Source of the DNA: an uncultured archaeon
GTDB taxonomy: Archaea > Asgardarchaeota > Jordiarchaeia > Jordiarchaeales > Jordiarchaeaceae
NCBI GenBank assembly: GCA_964510585.1
Contig: CAZECW010000187.1
Location: 73,154 to 105,153 of the forward strand
Length of the DNA stretch: 32,000 nucleotides
Direction: 5' to 3'
How positions within the stretch are numbered: the stretch's first letter is position 1; each line of letters begins with the position of its first letter. The translations under genes and the position numbers were made by a program. The notes beneath the pieces were generated by a model. It was given only the letters and a program-made list of their open reading frames with translations. It searched no databases and was not told the origin of the DNA. Of the stretch, positions 18,485 through 26,308 are shown one piece after another.

Positions 18485-18566
18485 ACCGTTACAAACTAGA
18501 TATCTATAACTTAATTACCTAAAAACCATTGAAATTTTTGAAAATTGTGTAAAAAGAAATTCTCAA

Positions 18567-19202
18567 TTACTCCTTTTCTTTGGGCTTCTTTGAACTCTCC
18601 AATTCCCTTTTCAGGTCTTCTAGCTCAGATGCCAAGGAAGATTTTTCTGTTATTATGTCCCCCTGCGGTACTTTGGGTTCCTCTATGCCCTCCAATGCAA
18701 TTTCCGCCTCTAGACGGTTTAACTCACTTTCAATATCTCCTGCCTCTTCGACGCCCATTTCGGAAGGAGTTGCCAAAATGTCTGAGCTTCTAGAAATATC
18801 GCGCATAGCTTCCTCTTGCTCTATAATCATTTCGAGTATCTTTTCTGAGTTGACGAGTTTTCGGGCGTTTTCAAGCTCTGCTCCGGCGAGTTCAAATGCT
18901 TCCTTGAGTTCTAAGACATCATAGGCTTCTTCTATGGCGATGATTCTCGTTTCAAGGTTCTCAATAAATGCGGTGTACTTGCCTAGAAAATTCTGGTATC
19001 TTCTGAATTTTCTGAGGGCGAATGTTGCCATGCCTTTGTTGCCCATTTTTAGATACTGTTTAGCCTTGTTTCTTTCCTCGATTGCCTTCCTCTCGTAGTT
19101 TCGTGAACGCAGAGTTAGCCTATTTATACTAGTTCTTAGCTGTGCGATTATCTCGTCCTTGTTTTTGGGCCTTTTTCCAAAGAGTATATCTTTAATACTC
19201 AT
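18567..19202 (-). CDS. ESCRT-III / Snf7-family protein, Vps20/32/60 (ESCRT-IIIB) class
   Basis: Basic N-half and acidic C-half. Motifs AKQYLKMGNKGMATFALRK, NLETRIIAIEEA, DIESELNRLEAE and PKVP (MIM2-like). Confidence 0.85.
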   Translation of the reverse strand: MSIKDILFGKRPKNKDEIIAQLRTSINRLTLRSRNYERKAIEERNKAKQYLKMGNKGMATFALRKFRRYQNFLGKYTAFIENLETRIIAIEEAYDVLELKEAFELAGAELENARKLVNSEKILEMIIEQEEAMRDISRSSDILATPSEMGVEEAGDIESELNRLEAEIALEGIEEPKVPQGDIITEKSSLASELEDLKRELESSKKPKEKE

Positions 19203-19226
19203 ACTTTTCTCCTCTAAGAGTATTCA

Positions 19227-19237
19227 TAGGTTACCTA
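19227..19237. promoter_or_regulatory. 11-bp inverted repeat TAGGT-T-ACCTA next to a TATA-like tract upstream of ESCRT-IIIB
   Basis: Minus strand reads GAAGTTATTATATTTAT-TAGGTAACCTA about 25-50 nt before the ATG. This suggests an internal promoter with an operator; the function is inferred. Confidence 0.3.
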
Positions 19238-19298
19238 ATAAATATAATAACTTCAATTCTTTATTAAACTATACTCTTTAGGCATTATTATACATATT

Positions 19299-20336
19299 CT
19301 ACCCATATATTCTGTTTATTTCTTTTTGTCTGGTTTCAATAAAATCGATGAAATTTTCCAGTGAAGGATCCTCCTCAGCTTCTTCATGAACTAGTTCTGC
19401 TATGCTGAGCAGGGAGGCTGCTACATGTGTGCGTGCGGGCTCGGATTTTATCTCGGGCTTAATGAGAGCTACTATTCTCTTTTCAAAATCATTGAAAGTT
19501 AAAATCCTATCCACAAGGAGAATAAATGATTCGGTTATTCCCCTCTCCAAGTCCTGTTTTTCGTCTAATATCAAGTTGGCTGCCAGATTTTTGAGGGCCG
19601 GTTTCACAATGTCCTCTCTAAACCAATTGAAAAGTTTGCTCTTCTTATCTGATGGAGGAAGAAAGCTTGAAGCAGGGGCACTAATATTTTTAGGCTCTTT
19701 TTTAAGGTTCTCCGCCATTTTATGAATATTTGAACTTTTAATGGTCTCCATTGCCGCTAGTACCAGCGACTTCACCCCCAAAACCACTTCTCCTCTACTA
19801 AACCCCTCTAACATTTTTTCCAGAGCATGTCTGGCTTCCTCGAAGGAAACCTCTTTTGAAATAAAAGACTTGAAAAGTTCCAAGATTTTTGCTCTTGTTT
19901 CCAGAGCTTCACTGTAACCAACGCTATCCAGTGTCAAGATTCTGTAGCCTGGATCCAGAACTTGCTTGTCAAACCATCTTACAACTATGTATTCATCAGT
20001 AATTCTCTCTAAATCTTTTAGAGTAAGTTTGGGATCAGCTTCCTCCAACTCATTGCAAAGCTGCGAAGCGAATGTTTCAAATACTGAAGAGACGTAGTTT
20101 TGGAGAACTTCATCCAATTTGAGACCTTCTAAAATCTTCTCAACCCTCTTTTTGAACGCGGGCTCAGAAATTTTTCCCTCCACCCGCTTTTTAAAATATG
20201 GAAACACTTTCTCCCTGACCATTTGAGATTTCTCAATAAAATTAGCTACAATACTGTCTAGGACGCCGAAAACCACATACTCAAAAAATTCTCTTAAGAT
20301 TTTTAGACCCTCTTCTGAATCAAAAATGTAGGGCAT
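19299..20336 (-). CDS. All-alpha-helical hypothetical protein inside the ESCRT-III operon
   Basis: 345-aa ORF starting 16 bp after the HerA-like gene, with normal composition. No family recognised. It has three repeated helix-hairpin motifs. Confidence 0.75.
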   Translation of the reverse strand: MPYIFDSEEGLKILREFFEYVVFGVLDSIVANFIEKSQMVREKVFPYFKKRVEGKISEPAFKKRVEKILEGLKLDEVLQNYVSSVFETFASQLCNELEEADPKLTLKDLERITDEYIVVRWFDKQVLDPGYRILTLDSVGYSEALETRAKILELFKSFISKEVSFEEARHALEKMLEGFSRGEVVLGVKSLVLAAMETIKSSNIHKMAENLKKEPKNISAPASSFLPPSDKKSKLFNWFREDIVKPALKNLAANLILDEKQDLERGITESFILLVDRILTFNDFEKRIVALIKPEIKSEPARTHVAASLLSIAELVHEEAEEDPSLENFIDFIETRQKEINRIYG

Positions 20337-20352
20337 TTAAATTCACCAAGAA

Positions 20353-23300
20353 TCATTCGATGAGTGACCTGCGCAGCTGCTCGATTTTTTCGAAAGTTTT
20401 CCTCTTTAAGAAAACATATTCATCCTCAGTCATCCTACCCAACTCAAAGTACTCATGTAGGCTCCTCAAATATTTCTGGAATTTCTCTATCTGCCTCAGA
20501 ATCTCCTCCTGCCTTTTCTCCTTATCAGACACCTGTTCTTCCTCCTCTTCCTCTAATGGTTTAACACCCACTGGTTCGCTTACCGGTTTACTAATTTCCG
20601 GTTTAACGCCCTCTTCGGCGCTGATTCTGGGTATTGGTGGTGGGCTGGGTAATTCTGGAAGTTCTTCCTCTGTTATGGTTTCTCTCGTTAAGGGTTTTGG
20701 TCTTGGTGTGCGGGGAGCCGCCTTTAAGCCTTTAACTGTCTCTTTAATTGTTGTTACCATGCCTGCTGCCTCATTTTTAAGCGCCGAAGTGGATGAAACA
20801 CTAATTATTGTGTTTTCCTCGGTTTCAACTATCCCTACGGCCAATCTTGATTTCTCCTTGGAGGCTAAAACTACAGGTACGCTTTTTGTTGTGTCTATCT
20901 CTATTTGCCAACCTTCCTCCTTCAATTTTGTGTAGATTTCACGGATGGCTTCTCTGCTATGCGCCTGTGTCACTATTGGTTCTGCTACTCCCTCCATTTT
21001 GGGGGCAGGGTACAAATGATCATAAAATCTGTATTCCAAGACTCGTTTTAGGTAGTCGGAGGCCAAATCCGTCGGTAAGCTGAGCACGGGCGGGGCTGGT
21101 ATTGATATGTCTGGGGACACTTCCACCATTTCTTCTTCTGTAACTTCTTCCAAAGCTTCTAAAGCCTCAGCCTCTGCTTCGGGTGTGCCTCTTGTTTCCT
21201 CAACAGTTTTCTCAATTTCTGGAGTGGCAACCTGTTTTGAAGCAATGGCTGTGAGTTCTTCAATTATCTTGGGAAGGGCTTCGCGGCCAGAATGCTGACT
21301 CAGCCTGGGTCTTATCTTAACTACAAGGGCACGGTTACTTGTGATAGATTCGTCTGAAACAATGGTCATTCCAACGGGAATGTTTCGTATAAATCCAGAA
21401 TCCTTTATTTCTATGGGGACTTCCGCTGGTGATCTTTTTATGAAGGCAATAATGTCTGGTTCATAGGACAAATAGTGTGTTATCAACACGTCTAGTTGAG
21501 ATAAAATTCTACTATCTGTGGCTGAGGGTTGCTGGGTCACAAGCACTAATCCACAGCCGGGTTTTCTTCCCAGTTTAGCATATTCTACGAGGGGTTCAGA
21601 AGCTGCGGTAACACCCTTAGAGGGAGCGAGTAGATGCGCTTCGTCAATCATCAGCCAAGTCACAGGAATCTCCGCCTCAACCTTTTCATCGATTGTTTCG
21701 CCCAACTGTGCAGCCTCTTCCATTCTTGATATCTGTGCTCTCACCTTGAGTATCTTACGTGCCAGTATACCAATGATTAGGGCACGCAGGCTGTCATCTA
21801 GATGACTTACGTCAATGACAGATACCTGATTGGGAACCGCTAACTGAGTTAAGCTAGTTCCTTTGGCTGAGAAGATTCCCCACTGATTCGCAGATGAAAG
21901 TCTAGCAACCAAAGCTCTTCTAGTGTCACGTCTAAATCCTTTGTCCTCAGAAATGATGTCGGAACAATTCTCGATACATTTAATTAAATCCTCTATGCTG
22001 TAATCGTTTCCTTTACCGGGGACATCTAGTTCTTGGTCATCAATTGTAGCTCTGTAGCCTTTTTTAACCCTATCAATGACCTGTTCTGTTAAGAGACCGA
22101 GCGTGCTAAACCTGTCTATACCAAAGGTGTGGCACCAATCGTCAGCTGTTAACTCTGAAGGCCTCAACGAGAAGGGCTTATCCCTCGTTTGCTCCGGAAC
22201 CTTATCATAGAAACCGATTGGAATAAAGACCTTCACGTTATCGAAGCCCTTGGGAGTGAGACTCCATTTTTCAAGAGCCTCCAATTCCTTTTCGTCCCAA
22301 TTGGGGTACTTCATACTCCAAAAAATTCCCATAGGATCAACAATAATTGTAGCGATTCCCAGTCTTGATTCAGCCAATTCCTCCGCAATGACTCCCATAG
22401 TGTAGGATTTGCCAGAGCCCCTATGACCACTTATAAATATAACGTGAGGCTTTACCCCATCAAGAAGAACCTTACAACCAAGCAGGTTCACATCTTTGCT
22501 GGTTCTCTCTCCCACACAACCAATGTAAAATGTTCCCTTGCAGCCAAGTTTGGCTTGTGTGGATTTTGTTCTCCCCAAAATTACTGATTCGCCCAAACTG
22601 TCTCTCAGAACGGTGAGTGGAGTGTCAACTATTTTAGGCGTGTCAACTATGTTTACCTTCTCAGAGTTAATTATGCTCGCCTCACCAAGAATGTAGGCCA
22701 ACGCCTGCCAATAGTCCTTCAAACTTTTAAGATCAATTTGTTCCGCAATATATCTTCTAAGCTTTGGTTGTTTTGGATACCTATCCTTATCGAAGCTCGA
22801 TAAGCTCCAAAGAAGGAAATCCGCGGTTTCCTGAGCCGATAGACCCCTTAACGGTTTAATAGCCTTTAAGGCTTTTTCCAAAAATTCCATACTATCTGTA
22901 GCCATGAATAGAAGTAGAAAGATTTCCCCCCGTTTATCTATATCAACTGTGCTTATTAGCTCAACCATCTTGTCCAGAAATTTGTCATCTTCATTGTACA
23001 TAAAACCTTCAAAAAGGATCTTTGCAATTTGTAGGTCGAGGGATTTCTGGAACAAAGCGAACCCGAATGCGGTTTGAAGAGACTTTTGAATCTTGTCGTT
23101 TCCCGCTTCTACCAATAGTGAACGAAAGGCATGGACAATTGCTGCTGTGGCTTCACCGTCTATTTCTCCCTTGCTTGAAAGCCAAGCTCCAGAATTTGAT
23201 TGTAGAGAAACCAGTTCTTCGGCGATTTCATTAGATTTCTCCAAGAAGGATTTATCACCCGTAGCCCTATACATGAGGATATGGCAGTTCAAAAGGTTGG

Positions 23301-23391
23301 CCCTATCTCTAATGGTCGCGGGTTCCACAGTCAAAACGTTCTGGATAACATTTGAAAGCAATTCGCATAGGGGTCTTCCCCTAACTAGCAT
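20353..23391 (-). CDS. Multidomain HerA/FtsK-superfamily (DUF87-type) ATPase with N-terminal alpha/alpha-toroid repeats and C-terminal helical hairpin
   Basis: Walker A GHRGSGKS (aa 322-329), IVDPMG, Walker B MIDEAH (aa 580-586), GRKPG Arg-finger segment, TQQPS and RPR..HSG. The N-terminal 240 aa contain YxATGDxxFLEK-type repeats and LQSNSGAW. The tail is Pro/Glu-rich. Confidence 0.85.
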   Translation of the reverse strand: MLVRGRPLCELLSNVIQNVLTVEPATIRDRANLLNCHILMYRATGDKSFLEKSNEIAEELVSLQSNSGAWLSSKGEIDGEATAAIVHAFRSLLVEAGNDKIQKSLQTAFGFALFQKSLDLQIAKILFEGFMYNEDDKFLDKMVELISTVDIDKRGEIFLLLFMATDSMEFLEKALKAIKPLRGLSAQETADFLLWSLSSFDKDRYPKQPKLRRYIAEQIDLKSLKDYWQALAYILGEASIINSEKVNIVDTPKIVDTPLTVLRDSLGESVILGRTKSTQAKLGCKGTFYIGCVGERTSKDVNLLGCKVLLDGVKPHVIFISGHRGSGKSYTMGVIAEELAESRLGIATIIVDPMGIFWSMKYPNWDEKELEALEKWSLTPKGFDNVKVFIPIGFYDKVPEQTRDKPFSLRPSELTADDWCHTFGIDRFSTLGLLTEQVIDRVKKGYRATIDDQELDVPGKGNDYSIEDLIKCIENCSDIISEDKGFRRDTRRALVARLSSANQWGIFSAKGTSLTQLAVPNQVSVIDVSHLDDSLRALIIGILARKILKVRAQISRMEEAAQLGETIDEKVEAEIPVTWLMIDEAHLLAPSKGVTAASEPLVEYAKLGRKPGCGLVLVTQQPSATDSRILSQLDVLITHYLSYEPDIIAFIKRSPAEVPIEIKDSGFIRNIPVGMTIVSDESITSNRALVVKIRPRLSQHSGREALPKIIEELTAIASKQVATPEIEKTVEETRGTPEAEAEALEALEEVTEEEMVEVSPDISIPAPPVLSLPTDLASDYLKRVLEYRFYDHLYPAPKMEGVAEPIVTQAHSREAIREIYTKLKEEGWQIEIDTTKSVPVVLASKEKSRLAVGIVETEENTIISVSSTSALKNEAAGMVTTIKETVKGLKAAPRTPRPKPLTRETITEEELPELPSPPPIPRISAEEGVKPEISKPVSEPVGVKPLEEEEEEQVSDKEKRQEEILRQIEKFQKYLRSLHEYFELGRMTEDEYVFLKRKTFEKIEQLRRSLIE
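22622..22650. repeat. Short direct repeat GTGTCAACTAT x2, period 18 (IVDTP duplicated) at the toroid/ATPase junction
   Basis: Perfect 11-bp copies at 22622-22632 and 22640-22650; the protein reads IVDTPK-IVDTPL. Confidence 0.7.
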
Positions 23392-23439
23392 AGTCGCTTC
23401 CCCTCAAATTTCCCTTATAAGTAGAAAAAGGGAAGAGTT

Positions 23440-24051
23440 TCAGAGTTCTTCTTTCAATTTTTTAATATCTTTTTCCAGTTCCTCAATCTTCCCGCTTGGT
23501 GCAGAGGGAAGCTTTACTCCGGTCTCCACACCGATTTCTTGGTCAATCTCGGAAATAGTTGCTGCAACCTCTTGGGATGTCACTTCGGTAGAAACCGTCA
23601 TCCTCTCCATTCCCGCCTCAGCCACATCCTGAGCCACGTCAAAATCCTGCATAGTTCCATCTATTTCCTCAACCATCTGGGCTATGTCTGGCAAGTTAAC
23701 TGCCCCCTTAAGTCCATTAAGGGCTGATCTAATGCCTGATAGAGTGCTGGCAACATCATAGATGGACTCGCTCTGGCGAAGCCTAACCACCATACCTTGA
23801 ATCCTAAGACGGTAGGCGTCTGTTGCTAGAGCCCATTTTGAATACCTTACGTAGTGTTCGGCGTACATTTTAGCTGCTTCCGTGTTTCCCCTGAGCCGGT
23901 ACTTCTTGGCTTCCTCCCTGTTTTTCCTGGATTCTCTCTCTAGCTGTTTTTTCTGATACTCAAGCTTGCGGGTGAACACTTCAAGTTTATAAATAACATC
24001 TTTAATTTTCGGTCCACCCTTAAGCCAACTCACAAACTTTTTTAGAGGCAT
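23440..24051 (-). CDS. ESCRT-III / Snf7-family protein, Vps2/24/46 (ESCRT-IIIA) class
   Basis: Basic helical hairpin (KKQLERESRKNREEAKKY, AAKMYAEHYVR), NLPDIAQMVEEI, an acidic tail, LPSAPS and a MIM1-like ELEKDIKKLK. Confidence 0.87.
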   Translation of the reverse strand: MPLKKFVSWLKGGPKIKDVIYKLEVFTRKLEYQKKQLERESRKNREEAKKYRLRGNTEAAKMYAEHYVRYSKWALATDAYRLRIQGMVVRLRQSESIYDVASTLSGIRSALNGLKGAVNLPDIAQMVEEIDGTMQDFDVAQDVAEAGMERMTVSTEVTSQEVAATISEIDQEIGVETGVKLPSAPSGKIEELEKDIKKLKEEL

Positions 24052-24286
24052 ACACTACACCAATAAAATTTTGATATTTATCCTGTATAAGAAAATTAAA
24101 AAGGAAGCATATAACACTTTCTTAATGTGCATTTTTCCCCTCAAAACCGTGCCACTCCCCATGTTTCTGCACCAAATTCGAAAATTTTAAATCACTCATA
24201 AAAACTTCCTCCGAGACGTTTAAAGCAAACAAATAATCGCTTCGTCTTAAACACAAATTGTGGAAAGCACTTAGCCTTTTCATAGT

Positions 24287-24904
24287 CTAGATTATTTTTT
24301 TCTTCTCGATAACTCGGTCTAGCTTTTCTTGAATGAGAGATATGCAGTGGCTTCCCAGGTATTCTTTGGGCCCCAAACTTATTGGTTTAATTCCCATTTC
24401 CACCAGGTATTTAATGTCATTTTGATTTAGTCCTATATGATCTCCTAGTATAAATGTGAGTTGCGGCCTTTTCAAATTTAGAAATCCGCTCAAAACCTCG
24501 TTAATACTTTTACCTGCACGGTGGAGAAAGTAGGTTTCAGATTCACAAAGCTTTTCCTCCACTATATCTTGGAAGCCTTTATTCATTAACTTAAAACCAG
24601 AAACAATATCTGGTGTTTTCTCGGGGTCTAATAACCCTTTTAGTATTAAGGCAACTTTTAGTTCGTCCCTTGGCAACTCCTCAATTTTTTCACCGTTGAC
24701 CTCAACTGTGATTGAAGGCCTTGGTGGGCCTTCTAGCACAGCGTAAAATATCGTATCTACTCTGTGGTCCTCCGACAGAAGCAGAGAGGAGAGAATACAT
24801 CTACACACTACGTCTAATCTTCCTGAAGTGCCTGGCAGGTCTTTTATGGTGAATTTATTATCGGTGCGGGCAGTGCTGGCTTTAAGAATGAATATCCTTT
24901 TCAA
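24287..24904 (-). CDS. trmY: tRNA (pseudouridine(54)-N1)-methyltransferase
   Basis: DLPGTSGRLDVVCRC and SPOUT knot motifs FILGDHIGL and ISLGP. Confidence 0.92.
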   Translation of the reverse strand: MKRIFILKASTARTDNKFTIKDLPGTSGRLDVVCRCILSSLLLSEDHRVDTIFYAVLEGPPRPSITVEVNGEKIEELPRDELKVALILKGLLDPEKTPDIVSGFKLMNKGFQDIVEEKLCESETYFLHRAGKSINEVLSGFLNLKRPQLTFILGDHIGLNQNDIKYLVEMGIKPISLGPKEYLGSHCISLIQEKLDRVIEKKKII

Positions 24905-24915
24905 AAGGCCTTCAC

Positions 24916-25809
24916 CTAAAGACTAATTAGCGCTTCGTAAATCATTTTAATCGCTATAAGGATCATAGCTGAGCCAAAGATTTTTCGAAGAAGATCGGGT
25001 TTCAGTTTCAAAGTTATTCTACAACCTATCTGCGCCCCGATTATCGCCCCTATTATCATAACAATTCCCACCGGCCAATCTACCTGTCCTAGCATGGCGT
25101 GTTCGAAGGTTGCGAAGGCTGATGTAAAAATTATCATAAACATCGAGGTGGCCACTGTGATAACCATGGGAACCCCCAAGATAATATTCATTACAGGCAC
25201 TTGAACTATACCCCCGCCTATTCCAAGCAGACCCGAAGAAAGTCCCGCTAAAAAGGAGAACGCCAGACCTAAAGGTAAGTTTATTGAGTACTCGTAGGTT
25301 TCGCCTTTGCCCGTTTTAATTTTTCTTTTCCAAATCAAAACACTTTTTATTGACTTTCTTTCCTCTTTGAGGGTTTCTTGATAAACAAAAGGATTTTGAT
25401 TTTGCTTCTTTAAAATCATATTAATTCCTATTATCGTTAATACGATACCAAAGATTAGTTGAAGTATCCCCTCCCGAACCAATCCCGTCAGAAAGGCTCC
25501 TAGAAAAGCTCCAGGTATAGAAGTTGTAACTAAAGCTAAACCCAGTTTGAAATCTATAACCCTTCTAACACCATATTCTAAGGTGGCGGAAAACGAGGTA
25601 AATATTATAACAAATAAGCTAGTTCCTATGGCTACATTTATTGTATCATTTGCCAAATAATTTATTATAGGGACATTTAAGAATCCACCTCCCACACCTA
25701 ACATGGCCGCAATAATCCCTGTGAAAACTGTTGTTCCACCGAGCAATAGATACAGCCACCATTCACTACTATTACTATTCAGTAAAAGGAACCATAGCCA
25801 CCAGTCCAA
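24916..25809 (-). CDS. TauE/SafE (TSUP) family membrane transporter
   Basis: Two repeats of the G(V/I)GGG...P motif, A(I/V)(G/A)TS(L/M)F and multiple TM helices. Confidence 0.92.
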   Translation of the reverse strand: MDWWLWFLLLNSNSSEWWLYLLLGGTTVFTGIIAAMLGVGGGFLNVPIINYLANDTINVAIGTSLFVIIFTSFSATLEYGVRRVIDFKLGLALVTTSIPGAFLGAFLTGLVREGILQLIFGIVLTIIGINMILKKQNQNPFVYQETLKEERKSIKSVLIWKRKIKTGKGETYEYSINLPLGLAFSFLAGLSSGLLGIGGGIVQVPVMNIILGVPMVITVATSMFMIIFTSAFATFEHAMLGQVDWPVGIVMIIGAIIGAQIGCRITLKLKPDLLRKIFGSAMILIAIKMIYEALISL

Positions 25810-25975
25810 AATATCATCTCCGATCAGATATCCAATAACGGCGACGTAATATAAAATAGTTTCTAGCCTCCATTTGGCTTTTTCATCATTTTACCCCAAA
25901 GTTTTTGAGGATAAAAATAAATACTCCCTTATGCGTAGTTTGGACTAGTTAAAAAAAATAAAAAGAAGTGATGCT

Positions 25976-26251
25976 GTGCCAAAAAAACGTAAGAGCCGTG
26001 GAAGAGCCAAAGGAGACGCCGGGAAAAAAGCAAGAGTTCAATGCAGCATGTGTGGTAAACTTGTTCCTCGCGATAAGGCCAAGAAGGTAACTAGGTACAC
26101 AACTGTAGTTGATCCCATGATAGGTCGAGAATTGAGACAGCAGGGAGCCTACATTCCAAGAACTAAGGAAATCAAAATGTACTGCATCAATTGCGCTGTT
26201 CACAGAAACGTGGTTCGAGTCCGATCAAAGGAAGAGAGGAAATCCCGCTAA
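25976..26251 (+). CDS. rps26e: Small-subunit ribosomal protein eS26
   Basis: MPKKRKSRGR, VQCSMCGKLVPRDKAKK and YCINCAVH motifs. Confidence 0.97.
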   Translation: MPKKRKSRGRAKGDAGKKARVQCSMCGKLVPRDKAKKVTRYTTVVDPMIGRELRQQGAYIPRTKEIKMYCINCAVHRNVVRVRSKEERKSR

Positions 26252-26308
26252 AAAGAGGAAATGATGAATCTAGTAAAATCCGGTTAACCCCATTACGGGA
26301 GGAAGATA

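Noticed and set aside
20520-21260. Glu/Pro-rich stretches as tandem DNA repeats
   Set aside because: Low-complexity linker coding without a regular period.
20353-23391. Canonical HerA DNA end-resection helicase or Vps4
   Set aside because: No nurA/mre11/rad50 nearby and no HAS barrel. The motifs (DPxG, DEAH, TQxP) are HerA/FtsK-type rather than AAA+ Vps4, and there is no N-terminal MIT.
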